Part shown: in pieces, positions 1-12,198 of the stretch
Position numbering within the stretch: position 1 is the stretch's first letter
Layout: each line of letters starts with the position of its first letter
Source of the DNA: Rhina ancylostomus
Lineage: Eukaryota
Direction: 5' to 3'
DNA length: 64,000 nucleotides
Assembly: GCA_030265395.1 (NCBI GenBank)
Contig: JARFYF010000104.1
Span: 70,276,261-70,340,260 of the forward strand
The notes under the pieces: model-generated
Told to the model about the DNA's origin: nothing
The model's database searches: none
What the model saw: only the letters and a program-made list of their open reading frames with translations
Program-made: the position numbers and the translations under genes

Positions 1-250
1 GCATAGATAGGGTAATGAGAAATCTTTTTCCTGTGGGAATCAAAAACAAGAGGCCAAAGTCACTGCCAGAACATGTGGTGAAATCAGATACAATCACTGT
101 GTTTAAACGATATTTAAGACAGGCATTTAAATTGAAACTTAAATATAAAGCAGGCAAAATAGGTTACTGTAGATAGGCAAAAAAGGTTGGCATGGACCTG
201 GTGAGCCGTAGGGCCCGTTTCTGTGCTGCACAACTCTATGACTCCATGAC
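1..250 (+). mobile_element. CR1-clade LINE 3' end fragment
   Basis: 3' UTR-like ggcatggacctggtgagccgtagggcccgtttctgtgctg...ctctatgactc. Confidence 0.65.
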
Positions 251-829
251 AAGGCAAGAAGTCCATGGAGCATACGGATATTGAATGAGAGAATCACTGC
301 ATGAGAGGAAAAAACCTGATGAGCCAAATAACTTCCATGTAAGGTCAGAAAAGTGAACATCAAATTATTTTAGTACCTGATTCACAACAAGTCAAATTCT
401 GTTTACCCTTTCTGCCCACATCGTTATACTTTGAACCGTTTATAAGGAGTTCCCAATTCACATCAGTTTACCCCAGTTTCCTGTCTTCATGCACGGAAGA
501 TCTTAACAGTATGCACAAGTCAAACATCCATCCATAATTATTTACACAATCTAGTCGTGAATCGAGTAAAACATCCAAAGAAATAATAGGCAGCTTTGAA
601 ATTTCAGAACACTTTTAAACTGTAAGGCAAGCATTGTGAATAAAAACAAAGTATACATATTAAAAAAAACATTCACTATGTATTAATGCTTAAAAATATT
701 CAGGTAAATGACTAGTTGCATAATGAGTTATTGTTTTATGGAATAATGAAAAGTGCCCAGATTATAAGGTATCCTGCAAAGTGAGTAATACTGGCAAGTG
801 TATTACAGGTATACGTGTGTAGCTTGAGC

Positions 830-1375
830 ACCGAGTCCCATCTGGAGTATTGTCTTCATTCTTTGCAATAACACTAGGAAGATTATGACTTCTTTGGAGA
901 GGGTACAGAAGAAACAGGTTTCAGAAGACAGCTTCAGGGATGAAGATTGCATTTACATGCACAGACAAGTGAAACTGGGATTGTTTACTTTGGAGCAAAG
1001 GCTGCTATGAAGAGAATTGATACAGATGGATAAATTATAAATGATTTAGATGGATTAAATAAAGGGAAGCTACTTCTAGTGTCTTTAGGATCCATAACAG
1101 AAGGTACAGGTTTAAAGTGATTGGCAGAAGAACCAGAGACAGCATGAGAAAAAGCCTGATGCAAAATGTTTGGGATTTGTAGTTTGCTACCAGATGAGGG
1201 AAGTGGATATAGATTTGAAACACAATTGGCAAAACAATTGAAGGAGAATATTTTGCAGAAATATGGAAAAAGAGGGGAGTGGGATTAAGTGGATTGCTCC
1301 CTGGAAGAACTGGGACAAGCATGATGGGCTGAATGGTCTCCTATCTATCATGCTGTACTGCTATGTGATTCTGAA
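830..1375 (+). mobile_element. Decayed CR1-clade LINE 3' fragment
   Basis: catctggagtattgt (HLEYC), ttggagagggtacagaag (LERVQK), 3' end atgatgggctgaatggtctcct. Confidence 0.65.
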
Positions 1376-2821
1376 GGCCATTAAACTTTGCGGTCGCTAT
1401 AACATTAGGCATCAAAGACAACATGGCCAGCAATAGCATTTCTTTATACTTTGCAAGGAGCTTCAAAGATGTAATTCGAAGCAAAACTAAGTGGCAAAGC
1501 AAAGCACACAGCTCTCACCCTTGATGCATTAAGGTTTGCTTTTAAAATCTGAAGAAACAAGTGACAATCCTCAAGTTCAGAAGAATAGTTTTTAAAGATC
1601 TTAAAAATGTTTTAATGAGGTAATTGTTAATATTTACATTACTCATACAAAATTTACAGTGTATTGGGGAGGGGTGGGGAAGGACGAGGCGAACGGGACT
1701 AGCGGGATTAGTCTTTCATAGAGCTGGTACAGACTTGACAGGCCAAGTGGTTTCTTGTGATCTAATGACATTGGAGCATCTCTGCTTTGTCAGCAACTTG
1801 CCACAAAACGTGGCAGATGATGAAATACCATGTCTCCACTGAACTCACTCAAGTTACAAGCAATTCTCCATACATTCTCAGATGTACTGTGTTGAAAACT
1901 GCTTTGCATAATGATGTCATGCAAAATGCAATTGTTTGTAATTTGGGAGATTATTTTCAGCAATATTTCAATTTTTATTTTAAGTGGCAAAATCAGAACA
2001 TCTTATAAACTTATGCACTCAAGTTTTTTTAAGTACAGTACTTCACAAATGGCAATTTTAAATTTAATTTACAAGATGCTCTTATTGCCTGACAAACTGT
2101 TTAATGTTAAAATAGATGCATTGCCTATTTTATCCTCATTTCAAATCTGATGTTTATAATTGGTATATTAAGATCATTAATGCATTAATCACTGTTTAAT
2201 TCAATACATGCTACCATTTCTTTTAACTTCTTACCCAATTCCATGGTATAATAGATTCCTATAGAAGTCTTGAATGCAGAACTCTGACAGAGTTCTTCCA
2301 AAAGCCTGTATCTTTCTCCAATTTGCACCTCGCAACAGTTTCCATTATTTTACTGACAAGACTAATAGATTTTTTTCATGGACCAGGCCTACAACACTTT
2401 TTAAATCTTCAGTTAAATGCTTACTTTTATTACCATGCAACTTCACTATTATCTTTGGTGACCTTCCTGAATATCTTTCAGTCATGGTTTCCACCCCAAT
2501 CTTTCACATGGGAACATGCATAACCTTTCCCCCATCCTCAGGGAATCTGATAAATCTTTACCCCTTTCAAACATCTCTACAGATCAAATTTTCCTCTGCA
2601 TAATCAGTGGGGAGAAGAGAAAAGAAAGCAACTTAAGCTTTTTTCAGAAATTTTACAGAGGAAATAATAGCCTGATCAGGATTTCCAATCACAGGCTGAA
2701 GTGCAGCCCACTGTGACTGCTGAGTATTAGTCCCTGTGCCTGCAGACTTCTGCAAATTCAAATAATAATGATGATTGGCAGATGTGCCAGCTCTGTAAGT
2801 AGCACATGGTTTGAATCTTAC

Positions 2822-3019
2822 CTATGGGGTCTTCCACAGGGATAAGAGCTTTGAGGAAATTGAGCCAAAACGTCACCTGATTCAACTGTATTTCATATGG
2901 TTCCTCTAGACTGAAAAGCACCAAGTGGATAGCAGTCGAATCATTTGTTGCGAAATAATCGTAACAGCAGTAGTAGGCAGGATTGCCAGAGAACTCCCAA
3001 ACATTAAAATCACCAACAC
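2822..3019 (-). CDS. DAPK1: DAPK1 exon 22 (198 nt), ROC domain
   Basis: ttttag|GTGTTGGT...ATAG|gtaaga; GVGDFNVWEFSGNPAYYCCYDYFATNDSTAIHLVLFSLEEPYEIQLNQVTFWLNFLKALIPVEDPI. Confidence 0.95.
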
Positions 3020-4025
3020 CTAAAAAGAGGGGTGAATGTTTCAATAATACAGCTGCTTAATAACATTTTAGAAAAACTTGATGCAAGTTAACAGTTGCAT
3101 ATACTCTATTTAAAACTGCTGAATGATTAAAGTAGTGGCAAAAATTTAAGAATCGTTACACTGCTACGAAGGTGCCAGAGAAACTCAAATGGCAGCCAAA
3201 TATCTACTGAAAATNNNNNNNNNNNNNNNNNNNNNNNNNNNNNNNNNNNNNNNNNNNNNNNNNNNNNNNNNNNNNNNNNNNNNNNNNNNNNNNNNNNNNN
3301 NNNNNNNNNNNNNNCTACTGAAAATGAAAATTAACTAAATGTTATTTTTTAAGTTGACACAGTTAATCTAACCTGACTCCTCCCATGAAGAGTTTGCTGG
3401 TCATCCAATATCACTGCCAATCAACTATTTTCAGCTGAGATTTAATGATCATTGCCTGCAGGTTGTTTGACTGTGTGCAGCATCACATCCAAGCCATGAC
3501 ATGCTTGCATTTGACTTTCTAATAAGCATGCCCAACAGTGATTGTACATTTATCTGAGTGAAGGTCTCTGGCTGATTTCTTTCCCCAAAGAAATTATTCT
3601 GGGGACCACTGTAAAATGCTATGCTGGCTAAGATCAGCTGGCCTGGAGTAGGAATTCAATCTGGTTCTTCCTCATTAAACAGCTTAGCTACTCAACACCA
3701 TCAAGAGAGCAAATGCATAAATAATGCGATAATTTTAAAAAAACTGCTAGAGTAACTGCTGCACAAACACCACAAACTGATTTACTGAGGTCCTGAGGCA
3801 AGTGGTGAACTAACCTTTTGTATTCATTTGCAATTAATGCTTTAAAATGTTGCTTTAACTATTCAAATATTAATTCCTAACAACGCAACACAGAAACAAA
3901 AAGTTTATTTTCAATAAACACAATACTAAGTATGTCTTTTATATAAAAGAACGCTTTTGAATTCATAAGTAAGCAGCTCAGGGGTTCCAAGTTTTCATTG
4001 CTATATTAAAGCTGACATTTCTTAC

Positions 4026-4214
4026 CATTAACATTAGCATGTTGTATGTCAATTGCTTTAGTGCTCTGATCATCAATTGCATAGTGAAGATTGTGCGTAG
4101 GTGAAACGAAAGCTTGGAGCATGCCTTTGGTTAGGCTGGGTTCAAACATCATGCTCCGGCTCCTTACACTGACATTTTCACAGCCAGGGTACAGATTGGA
4201 AATGCTCACTGAAA
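4026..4214 (-). CDS. DAPK1: DAPK1 exon 21 (189 nt)
   Basis: tttcag|TTTCAGTG...AATG|gtaaga; VSVSISNLYPGCENVSVRSRSMMFEPSLTKGMLQAFVSPTHNLHYAIDDQSTKAIDIQHANVN. Confidence 0.95.
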
Positions 4215-5934
4215 CTGAAAGAGACAGGTCAATCAAATAATGAAGTTTATAAATTTAACTAGCAAATATTCTCAAAAATCATGATCTAACAAAAGATGTA
4301 AACTTGTAAAATGTTATAAAGTTAATAGAGTGGGGAGGGTATCTTCATTGACACTTGGATTACAGGCTCAGATCAGAACACAGTACTGACTGGGCAGTCA
4401 CAGCCATCCCTAATATTTTGTTTTGGAGCCCAGTGTGGGCCACATACTATTGTGTCAGCTCTTCCAGTTTTAACTTCAGACCTGATCTACAGAATCTCAG
4501 TCAATCATCTTGACTTTCTGCCTAGTGCAACAGATATTAAAGTAATTGCTTCCGTGGATATCTTTCAATTCTTTCCACATTCTGATGTAAAAACCATGTC
4601 ATTCATTCATCTTCAGTTTTATTTTTAAGCAGATTATTGCACCAGGAATTCTTTGTCTTCTCTGCTTCTGCCCTCTTCTTCCAAGTCTATCAATATGTGC
4701 GTTCATTAGAATGGAAGATGAAACATGAAGGACTTCATTTAAAATTTTACCTTACTTGTACATCCTGCAGAATCTAACGTAATTTTGAATGTTTTCCAAT
4801 TTCCATAATTTTTATTACAAAGATTTTTGGCTTTTGGACTTGGCTCTTGAAATCCCATATTGGGCAATCTAATGGAATCTACTTGCCATGCAGTCAAAAT
4901 CAGCAGATGTTCTATCCAAACCAACTGATGCACATTTGCCCTGATCCACATTAAACTGTGTCTCAACGAAGCCTAAAACCCCAAGTACCACATCAACAAA
5001 ACTGTATGCTATCACAGTAGAATTGATATAATATGCAGTTGTAGCAATTGGTGTAACTCTATGACTGAGCATGGTACTGGTGCTTTACTTGGTAAAATAT
5101 AACAACTTCGTCTTGAACATTTTTTCTGCAGACATAGAAAACATCAAATGGTGCCTTGAAGCTGATGACTAGAGACCCTCTAGGTAAAGTCTCCCAAACT
5201 AAATGTGCATCAAATTTTTATACTCTTAAGATCAAAGGTAACAGGTGATTCAATAGCTACAATCGCATCATTTACTTCAATATTTTGAGCCTGACAATGC
5301 TTCCATTGAGCTGCACATCTATAATGCGAGCCATGTCTGAAGGTTCAAACAGCTTTGCTGGGACAAAATAATTCACAAGGATGGTCTAAAAGCTTCTGAG
5401 GACAGAGATCCCAGGCACCCAAAATTGATGTTGTGAGGGCTGACACTCTGAGTACACAAATATCCCAAATACTGGTAGAGCAAATCTACCCAGGACCATG
5501 TTTGATCTGCTAAGTAACAATATCAGTCTATTCTGCAAGCTTCCACGAACTTAGTCACAATGGTGCAAAATAACTTAAGCCATAGTTGTCTGGTTTGATG
5601 TAGGCCAATTAACATCACCCCATTTGTCATTGTCTTTGGCTGAAAATATCTCATGGTCACATCACTTTGCCAGCCCCCTGCTGTGGTCCTGTAGCCTGTG
5701 CTCTGTAGACAGTACTATTTGTTTACAAAGCTGTTCTTTTAACTTCAATCTGATTATTGATGCACTTTGCATTAAGAACTGAAGACTGGTTCTCATTTGA
5801 ATTAATGCATGATATAAGTCACATAATTCTATAAGTCCTGAATCCCTAACAGACATTTTTTGGGAATGAGCATTGAACAAGAAACTTTTAGATGATGTAA
5901 ATACTGGGCTAATAAATTACACTTTTAAAAGTAA

Positions 5935-6540
5935 ATAAACAATAGGACCAGGAGTGGGCTATTTGGTCTTTTGAGCTTGGTCCACCATTCAACACGTAGA
6001 TGGCTGATCATCTATTGCAATACTATATTCTTATTCTCTATGTCTTTTGCACATACAAAGTTATCTATCCCCTTCTTAAAAATATACAGTGACTTTCCCT
6101 CCACAGCCTTCTGTGGTCATGAATTCCACATGTTCACTATCCTATACCTGTTGAATCGTCTCCTTCCCTTGGGAGATTTCAGTCCCAAATCTCTTGTCCT
6201 ATAACCTGAGGCACTGAACACTTGTTCTTCAGTGTCCCACCAGGGTAAACATCCTCCCCATATCAATGTCCAGCCCAGTCAGAATTTTGTAAGTTTCAAT
6301 GAGGTTCTTCTTTCCTCCTTTGATTGAATATAAACCTAGTCAACTTAATCTCTCCTCATACAGCTGTCCCACTATCTTAGGAACCAGGCTGGTGAACTTT
6401 TGCTGCATTCACTCAAAAGAAGGTATATCCTTGATTGGTAAAGAGACCAAAACTGCCAGGTGTGGTCTCCATAAGGCCCTGTATAATTTTAGAAAACATC
6501 CTTGCTACTGTAATCAAATCATCTTGCAATGAAGGCCAAC
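5935..6540 (-). mobile_element. CR1-clade LINE 3' fragment
   Basis: Reverse-oriented CR1 3' UTR and C-terminal RT remnants, similar to 23990-24645 and 55938-56080. Confidence 0.65.
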
Positions 6541-7575
6541 TCTCCATAATTTAGAAGAATTTTAAATAATAAAATTAGAGATGGAGGTAGAGGTTTTAAG
6601 ACACAGTTTCAGTCAGCAGGACCATTGCAGATGGTTTAGTGATGGTGTGTGGGAGAGAGAAGGCAGGATGAACAGTTTTGTCAGACTGGATTGTTCAAGG
6701 TGGGAGGTCAGATCAGGAGGAGAAAGACCTTAAGAGGTAGTGCAGAGATAAGGAGGGATGTGATTTATGATCTATGATAAGGATTTTAAATTTAAACACA
6801 AGGGATAGGAGCAAGAGAATGATGGCAAGATCAGGATGTCAACAAAGAATGGGAGAGGACAGAATGAGGTGCCATCTCACATGGATAAATCTCGACTATT
6901 TTTTACCATTTTATGTAACAGAGTCACTGACATTTGAAAGCAGGCAACAACTGTGACAGTTCACAGGGCTGACTTGGCCACAGAGAAGGCAGCAGATCCC
7001 ACAGTTCCAAAATTATATTTACAACACTGGATTTCTGCTATGATAAGGCCCCAAAATGCAAAACAATAATGCATTTATGCCATTATTTCAGAGTATACCT
7101 AATTTTAAAAGCAATTCTGTGACTCATGCTGTAAGCACTGAAGTTATCTGCATTTGTATTGCAATAGATTACCTTGGAGCCTGGAGAACCAATATCCTAG
7201 ATGATTCCTGGCATTTTCATTGGTAGACTTGATAGTCTTATACCAGTGACAAACTTCTTAAAGCTGNNNNNNNNNNNNNNNNNNNNNNNNNNNNNNNNNN
7301 NNNNNNNNNNNNNNNNNNNNNNNNNNNNNNNNNNNNNNNNNNNNNNNNNNNNNNNNNNNNNNNNNNAGGTAAATATTTAACTGTCCGTATATTTCGCCTT
7401 CTTTCAACTGAAAGAATGATTCCCCATGAGTTTAACCTTCTGAGACGGTCAAAGTCTATCAATATTGCCACTGTGCTTTTCTTTTCAAAACACAAGGAAT
7501 TACTTCTCATTGTGATCTTTCCCGTAATCGATAGGAAATAAAATAAATAATATTAAAATATGTTTCCCATTACAC

Positions 7576-8209
7576 TGTGACGCCACTTTCAGGGAATTAT
7601 GTATATGAATACCCAGATCACTTTGTTCCTCCGCACTCCTCAGTACCCTACCATTTACTGTGCATGTCGTACCTTGATTTGTCCTTCCAAAATGCAACAC
7701 CGCACACTTGTCTGCATTAATTTATATCTGCCATTTTCTTGCCCATTTTACCAGTTGCTCCAGATTCCTCGCTGTCCACCTCGCCTCCAATCTTAATTTC
7801 ATCTGCAAACTTTCTGATCCAATTTATCACATTATCAACTAGCTCATTGATATAGACAACAAACAACAAAGGCCCCAGCACAGATCCCCGAGGCACACTA
7901 TTAGTTACAGGTGTCTAGTCTCAGAAACAATCATTCACTATCACTCTGTCTTCTTCCACACATCCAATTTCGAATCCATAGTTTCTGAGACTCCTTAACT
8001 AACGTCCCATGTTGTACCTTGTCAAAGACCTTACTGAAGTCCATCGATGGGACATCCACAGCCTTCCCTTCAACTACTTTCTTGGTAACCTCCTCGAAAA
8101 ACTCTAGAAGATTCGTTGAACACGTTCTACCACGCACAAAACCATACTGTCTATTCTTAATCAGACCTGGGTTGTCCAAATACTTGTCTATCCGATCTCA
8201 CAGAACACC
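7576..8209 (-). mobile_element. CR1-clade LINE RT fragment
   Basis: ORF 7931-8179 (QYGFVRGRTCSTNLLEFFEEVTK...DFSKVFDKV) and ORF 7500-7700 (LHFGRTN...DLGIHIHNSLKVASQC). Confidence 0.88.
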
Positions 8210-8739
8210 TTAGGGTTAGGGTTGGGGGCTACACATGTTACCGCAGACAACTGTGCAATACATCGAGGCCAGAGATTCATCAACAATCAACACATTTCAA
8301 CTGGGGCATATTTCTTCCGATTCTTTTCTCAAAAAAGGTGCGCGGTTGTGCCTATGAAACGAGAGAAGGTAACACAATGAGGCGTGATGCTTGTGACTGA
8401 TCAGCATGTCAGCCGCGAGGCCTAACGTTCGACATTTCACTCTGGTCAAGTGAAATGGATCTCATCCGGTTGAATGCCAGATTCTAATACAACAGACATT
8501 TGGTTCAGTAGGGATTTGACAGCCCAGTAAAGCCATGAGCTACAGGATTTTGTCATTCATTAGTTGCGTCATGAATCAATACAACTTGTTCTCGTAATCA
8601 CACGCATATCGGCTATACTCGGGAAGAAGTTGGGGGTGAAAGTCAAATATTCCACTTAATTTCTTGCGAAGAGCAAACAGAATAAATTCTTCCAAAACCA
8701 ATGAATGAAGTTGAATTCAATTTCGTTTTTCTTCTGCAG

Positions 8740-9260
8740 CGAATTTGTGAGCCATCGTCATTCTGTCCCGCGGAAAGTGCTGTCTTTCCAAATGTCCCGT
8801 TACCTGGTCTTCATGGCCATAGGTGGCCTACTGGTGCGGATGTTTGAAGTAATTCTCTCTGAGATTAATGCTGGCTATTTCCCAAATTCATTGAAGAATT
8901 TAACTCCAATCTGCAGTCTCCACCATGCCCTCAATCATTTTTTTCCATTGATTGCTCCGTTTAGCTAACTATGGCCTTCGCCTTTGATCGATTTTTCACC
9001 TTTTGTTGTCAGAAGCTACGAGCGAAATATTGCACCGAAAAGAAACTGCTGCTCGGGTGATAACAGTGGCTTTTGTCTCAAGTATTTTACAAAATATCCC
9101 AATATATTTCATCTTCGCACATCGAGAAGTAATTGACAACGTAGCTTGGTACTGTATATTTAAATCATACTTTTACACCTTGACGATATTGGAAGCATTT
9201 TGGTCATTTGAAACGAATTTAACACCATTTGCACCATTCCTGGTGATTATGCTGCTAATC
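8740..9260 (+). pseudogene. Truncated class A GPCR pseudogene, GPR139-like (end of TM1 to TM5), nested antisense in DAPK1 intron 20
   Basis: Follows a polypyrimidine tract and acceptor (tttcgtttttcttctgcag|). Reading across 3 frameshifts gives ANL*AIVILSRGKCCLSKC/RYLVFMAIGGLLVRMFEVIL...TPICSL.../SIDCSV*LTMAFAFDRFFTFCCQKLRAKYCTEK/TAARVITVAFVSSILQNIPIYF...IDNVAWYC...LTPFAPFLVIMLL. It has a DRF motif at the end of TM3, TM3 and ECL2 cysteines, a TM5 P-F and two in-frame stops. Confidence 0.85.
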
Positions 9261-11185
9261 TATATTAACGGATTTATAAATCTTTGGTTGGGATGAGAGA
9301 GCCAGACTTCACAACCATAAACAGTGAAAACTTACATTCATGGCTGCCAGTGCTCCACATCTTTAATTAAATGATATTTTTATATCTATATTTATCTATA
9401 TCTATAAAATATATACAANNNNNNNNNNNNNNNNNNNNNNNNNNNNNNNNNNNNNNNNNNNNNNNNNNNNNNNNNNNNNNNNNNNNNNNNNNNNNNNNNN
9501 NNNNNNNNNNNNNNNNNNNNNNNNNNNNNNNNNNNNNNNNNNNNNNNNNNNNNNNNNNNNNNNNCTCGTTGTCTTTTAGCAGATAAACCACCAGTACTGT
9601 GCTTGGTTGTAGAGCATTTGCATCAATTAGTTCTTCCTCCCTGCCTTGATTTTTGCAAATTGGCATGATGTATTAGATAAAAGACAGTAAAACTTCCCCC
9701 TTACTCCTGATAGCATTGAGTTTATCCAGGGAACATGTGAATCTCTTGGAATAATGTTTTAATCCATGTTGGTTGATCTAAGACAACCAGGGTGGTGCTA
9801 TAGTGTTACAAATGTCTTTGAGGTTTTGGAGGTTGATGTTTTCCTTCATTTCCAGCACCTCTTGTTGCAAGTATACAACTCTGGTGATTGCAAGTAGATG
9901 AGTTTGGACCTGACTGTGAAGCCTGCTGGAAACGAATCAGTTATGAACACTGACCAAGAAGCATTGCCTGCAGAAAGTGATCACTTGGAACCAGAGGGAA
10001 CAGTGCCCATGGAACCATTCCCCAAAAGGTGGGGAATTTTCTTAAGAAAATGGGGGAAAAATACTGACAAGAAAAAATACACATTTGTAAAAGAACAGAA
10101 TTTAAAAGACCAGAATTCTAGTGTTGGAGATTGTAATCCGAAACTGACTTCCCATTCCCAGCTGCTCCCCAGTTTCTCTTAAAATAGGACCATACATAAC
10201 TATACATAAATGCACATAAACAACTACTACACTTGCCAGTATGAGAACATTTCTTTTGAAATTCTCTTGTTAGTAGAATTAAGCCGCAAGGTGCAATGAA
10301 AACCACTTCAAAAGAGCTCATGACTGAAAGGCAGGCATATTTTTTATTTTTTTAAATCCTCCTTTAAGTTACCCCACCTGTTTTTGTGAAACTGCACAGA
10401 ATACCAGCTGTACTAAAAAACAATGTTCAGAGCACAACTTCAAGTCACTATTCTATTGAATTTAAATTTATGTTAACTATACTTATCCCAGTCTTCAAGC
10501 CCATTAAGAACAATGGATACTTAGCCATCTCAAACAATGTTGGTCTTACATAATGCACAAAGTGATAAATTTCCCACTGTGGCAAACTCTAAACCAAACA
10601 GTACTTTTGCACAATTATAAGCAAACAATATCCTCAGAGAGCCAGACTCGAATCCTGGTTTTTCCAACATTCACATAAAATGCTCATAAATGGCAGATAC
10701 ATTAAGGTAGTTTAGCTGTTCTTGATTAAGTCTTGGAGTGTAGTATTTCACTAGCATTTAACTGACACATCATTGAAAACTGAATGGGGTTCTATGTTAG
10801 ACTGCATCTGCTCCTCCCTACTGAGTGGCTTCTGAGATATTGGATGGAGGGCACAATATAGATAGCCACAAATATGAAAACCACACATACAGTTTGGAGG
10901 AGACCAAGAAAATCACACATTATTGAATGGATAAATCTATATGGGAGAATTTACAAACCTGAATCTTCAATCATCTGTCAAAATCAACAACACTATCATT
11001 TGACAGCAACCTTGCTGGATTATTAATGCCATTTTAAGAAGTGAAATAAGACAATATTCAGTCTTGACCAGTCACGTAATGATCTGCAAAGCAGTTGTTT
11101 TAATAGATGGTTATTTCAAAATGAGACTGCTAAAATAAGGTAGACTGTGACCAAGGGAAATCACCGTTAGATTGGTTAATGATAC

Positions 11186-11411
11186 CTGTTGGTTTTGATG
11201 ATGATGATGGGGAAGGAGGATAACGAGTTGAGTTGGTCGATGACAGCCTTGGCCTGCGTCTCCTGAAGAAACTTCGCAGAAGTCCACATTTAAGAGACTC
11301 CACAAGTGCTGTTTTTCCTGAACCTGAATGTCCAAACAACTTGAGCTTTATTCGGACTTGGGAATTCTGAGAAGGCCTAAGCTGTTGAATGAAAATCCCT
11401 CTGTGTGTATC
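11186..11411 (-). CDS. DAPK1: DAPK1 exon 20 (226 nt), ROC domain P-loop
   Basis: ctttag|GATACA...ACAG|gtatca; DTHRGIFIQQLRPSQNSQVRIKLKLFGHSGSGKTALVESLKCGLLRSFFRRRRPRLSSTNSTRYPPSPSSSSKPT. Confidence 0.95.
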
Positions 11412-11959
11412 CTAAAGCAAGCAAAGCAACACAGTTAGTAGAATCCATTGATTGATATTCTTCACAGGGGAGGGGGAGGGGGTCATCGGAGACTGCAACA
11501 AAGGTATATTTTTAGTAACTGACTAAACATTTTAGATACTTGCATTATTCACCTAAAGTCAACATTGTTGAAATAGCACAAATGAGGTGACAAGAATATC
11601 AAGATTAGTGAATGAAGAAATTCCAAGATATAAATATAGACCACAATAAATTAAACACATTCTGAAACCTTGTAATCCTATAAGGAGCATGCTTGCATGT
11701 ATAATATGAAATAGTTGTCTTCCCTGATGCAAGCACACCCCAGCAGCTAATATAAACATTGCCACTAGAGGGAGTGGATTCTCTCTTCTGACCACACGTG
11801 GGCAGATATGCATCAAACGCCTGAACATTTTCCAGTCTGTATCATTTGCTGAAAGGGGTTCCAACAAAAGATGCGAATTAGGAGTTCCAAATACAATGCT
11901 TGATGCTTCACATTAGTAAGGTTTGGAGACAATGTTAAAGTCCTATATGTGTGCACAAA

Positions 11960-12198
11960 TGAAAATATCCCACAACACTTATTTTAAAGAACTGCTAGTG
12001 TTCTGGCCAACATTCATGCCCTATAACAGTTTAACTAGCCATTTTATCTTATAGCTATTTGTGGGACATCAGTGTGCTTAAATGGCTGGTATAATTGCCT
12101 GCACTACAGAACAGTTCGAAAGCATTTGACTAACAGTGAACTGTTTTGAGAGGTGCTACAGCTATTTAAAAACATTACCCATGCAAGTACTTTCTTTT
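11960..12198 (+). mobile_element. Decayed Deu-domain SINE (SacSINE/AmnSINE-like); a second remnant at about 26380-26530
   Basis: atcccacaacactattttaaaga...tctggccaacatt...tttgtgggac...aaatggctg...atgcaagtactttctttt follows the Deu-SINE body and tail as I recall it. Confidence 0.5.

Noticed and set aside
376-480. Possible DAPK1 exon 23 near the window start (gtac|ctga donor-like site)
   Set aside because: The translation does not resemble AFGGKLKNPL...VATHAD; exon 23 is probably beyond the window edge.
3204-3325. Direct repeat ctactgaaaat on both sides of a 100-N gap (likewise ttgaagat around 48488-48497)
   Set aside because: Typical overlapping contig ends left unmerged by scaffolding, not a target-site duplication.
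4700-5700. Faint resemblance to a very old RTE-type LINE, and ORF 4869-5072
   Set aside because: No clear motif can be recovered; too decayed to call without a profile search.
9898-10182. 94-aa ORF MSLDLTVKP...
   Set aside because: No recognisable domain or convincing splice context; possibly a remnant of an old retroelement.
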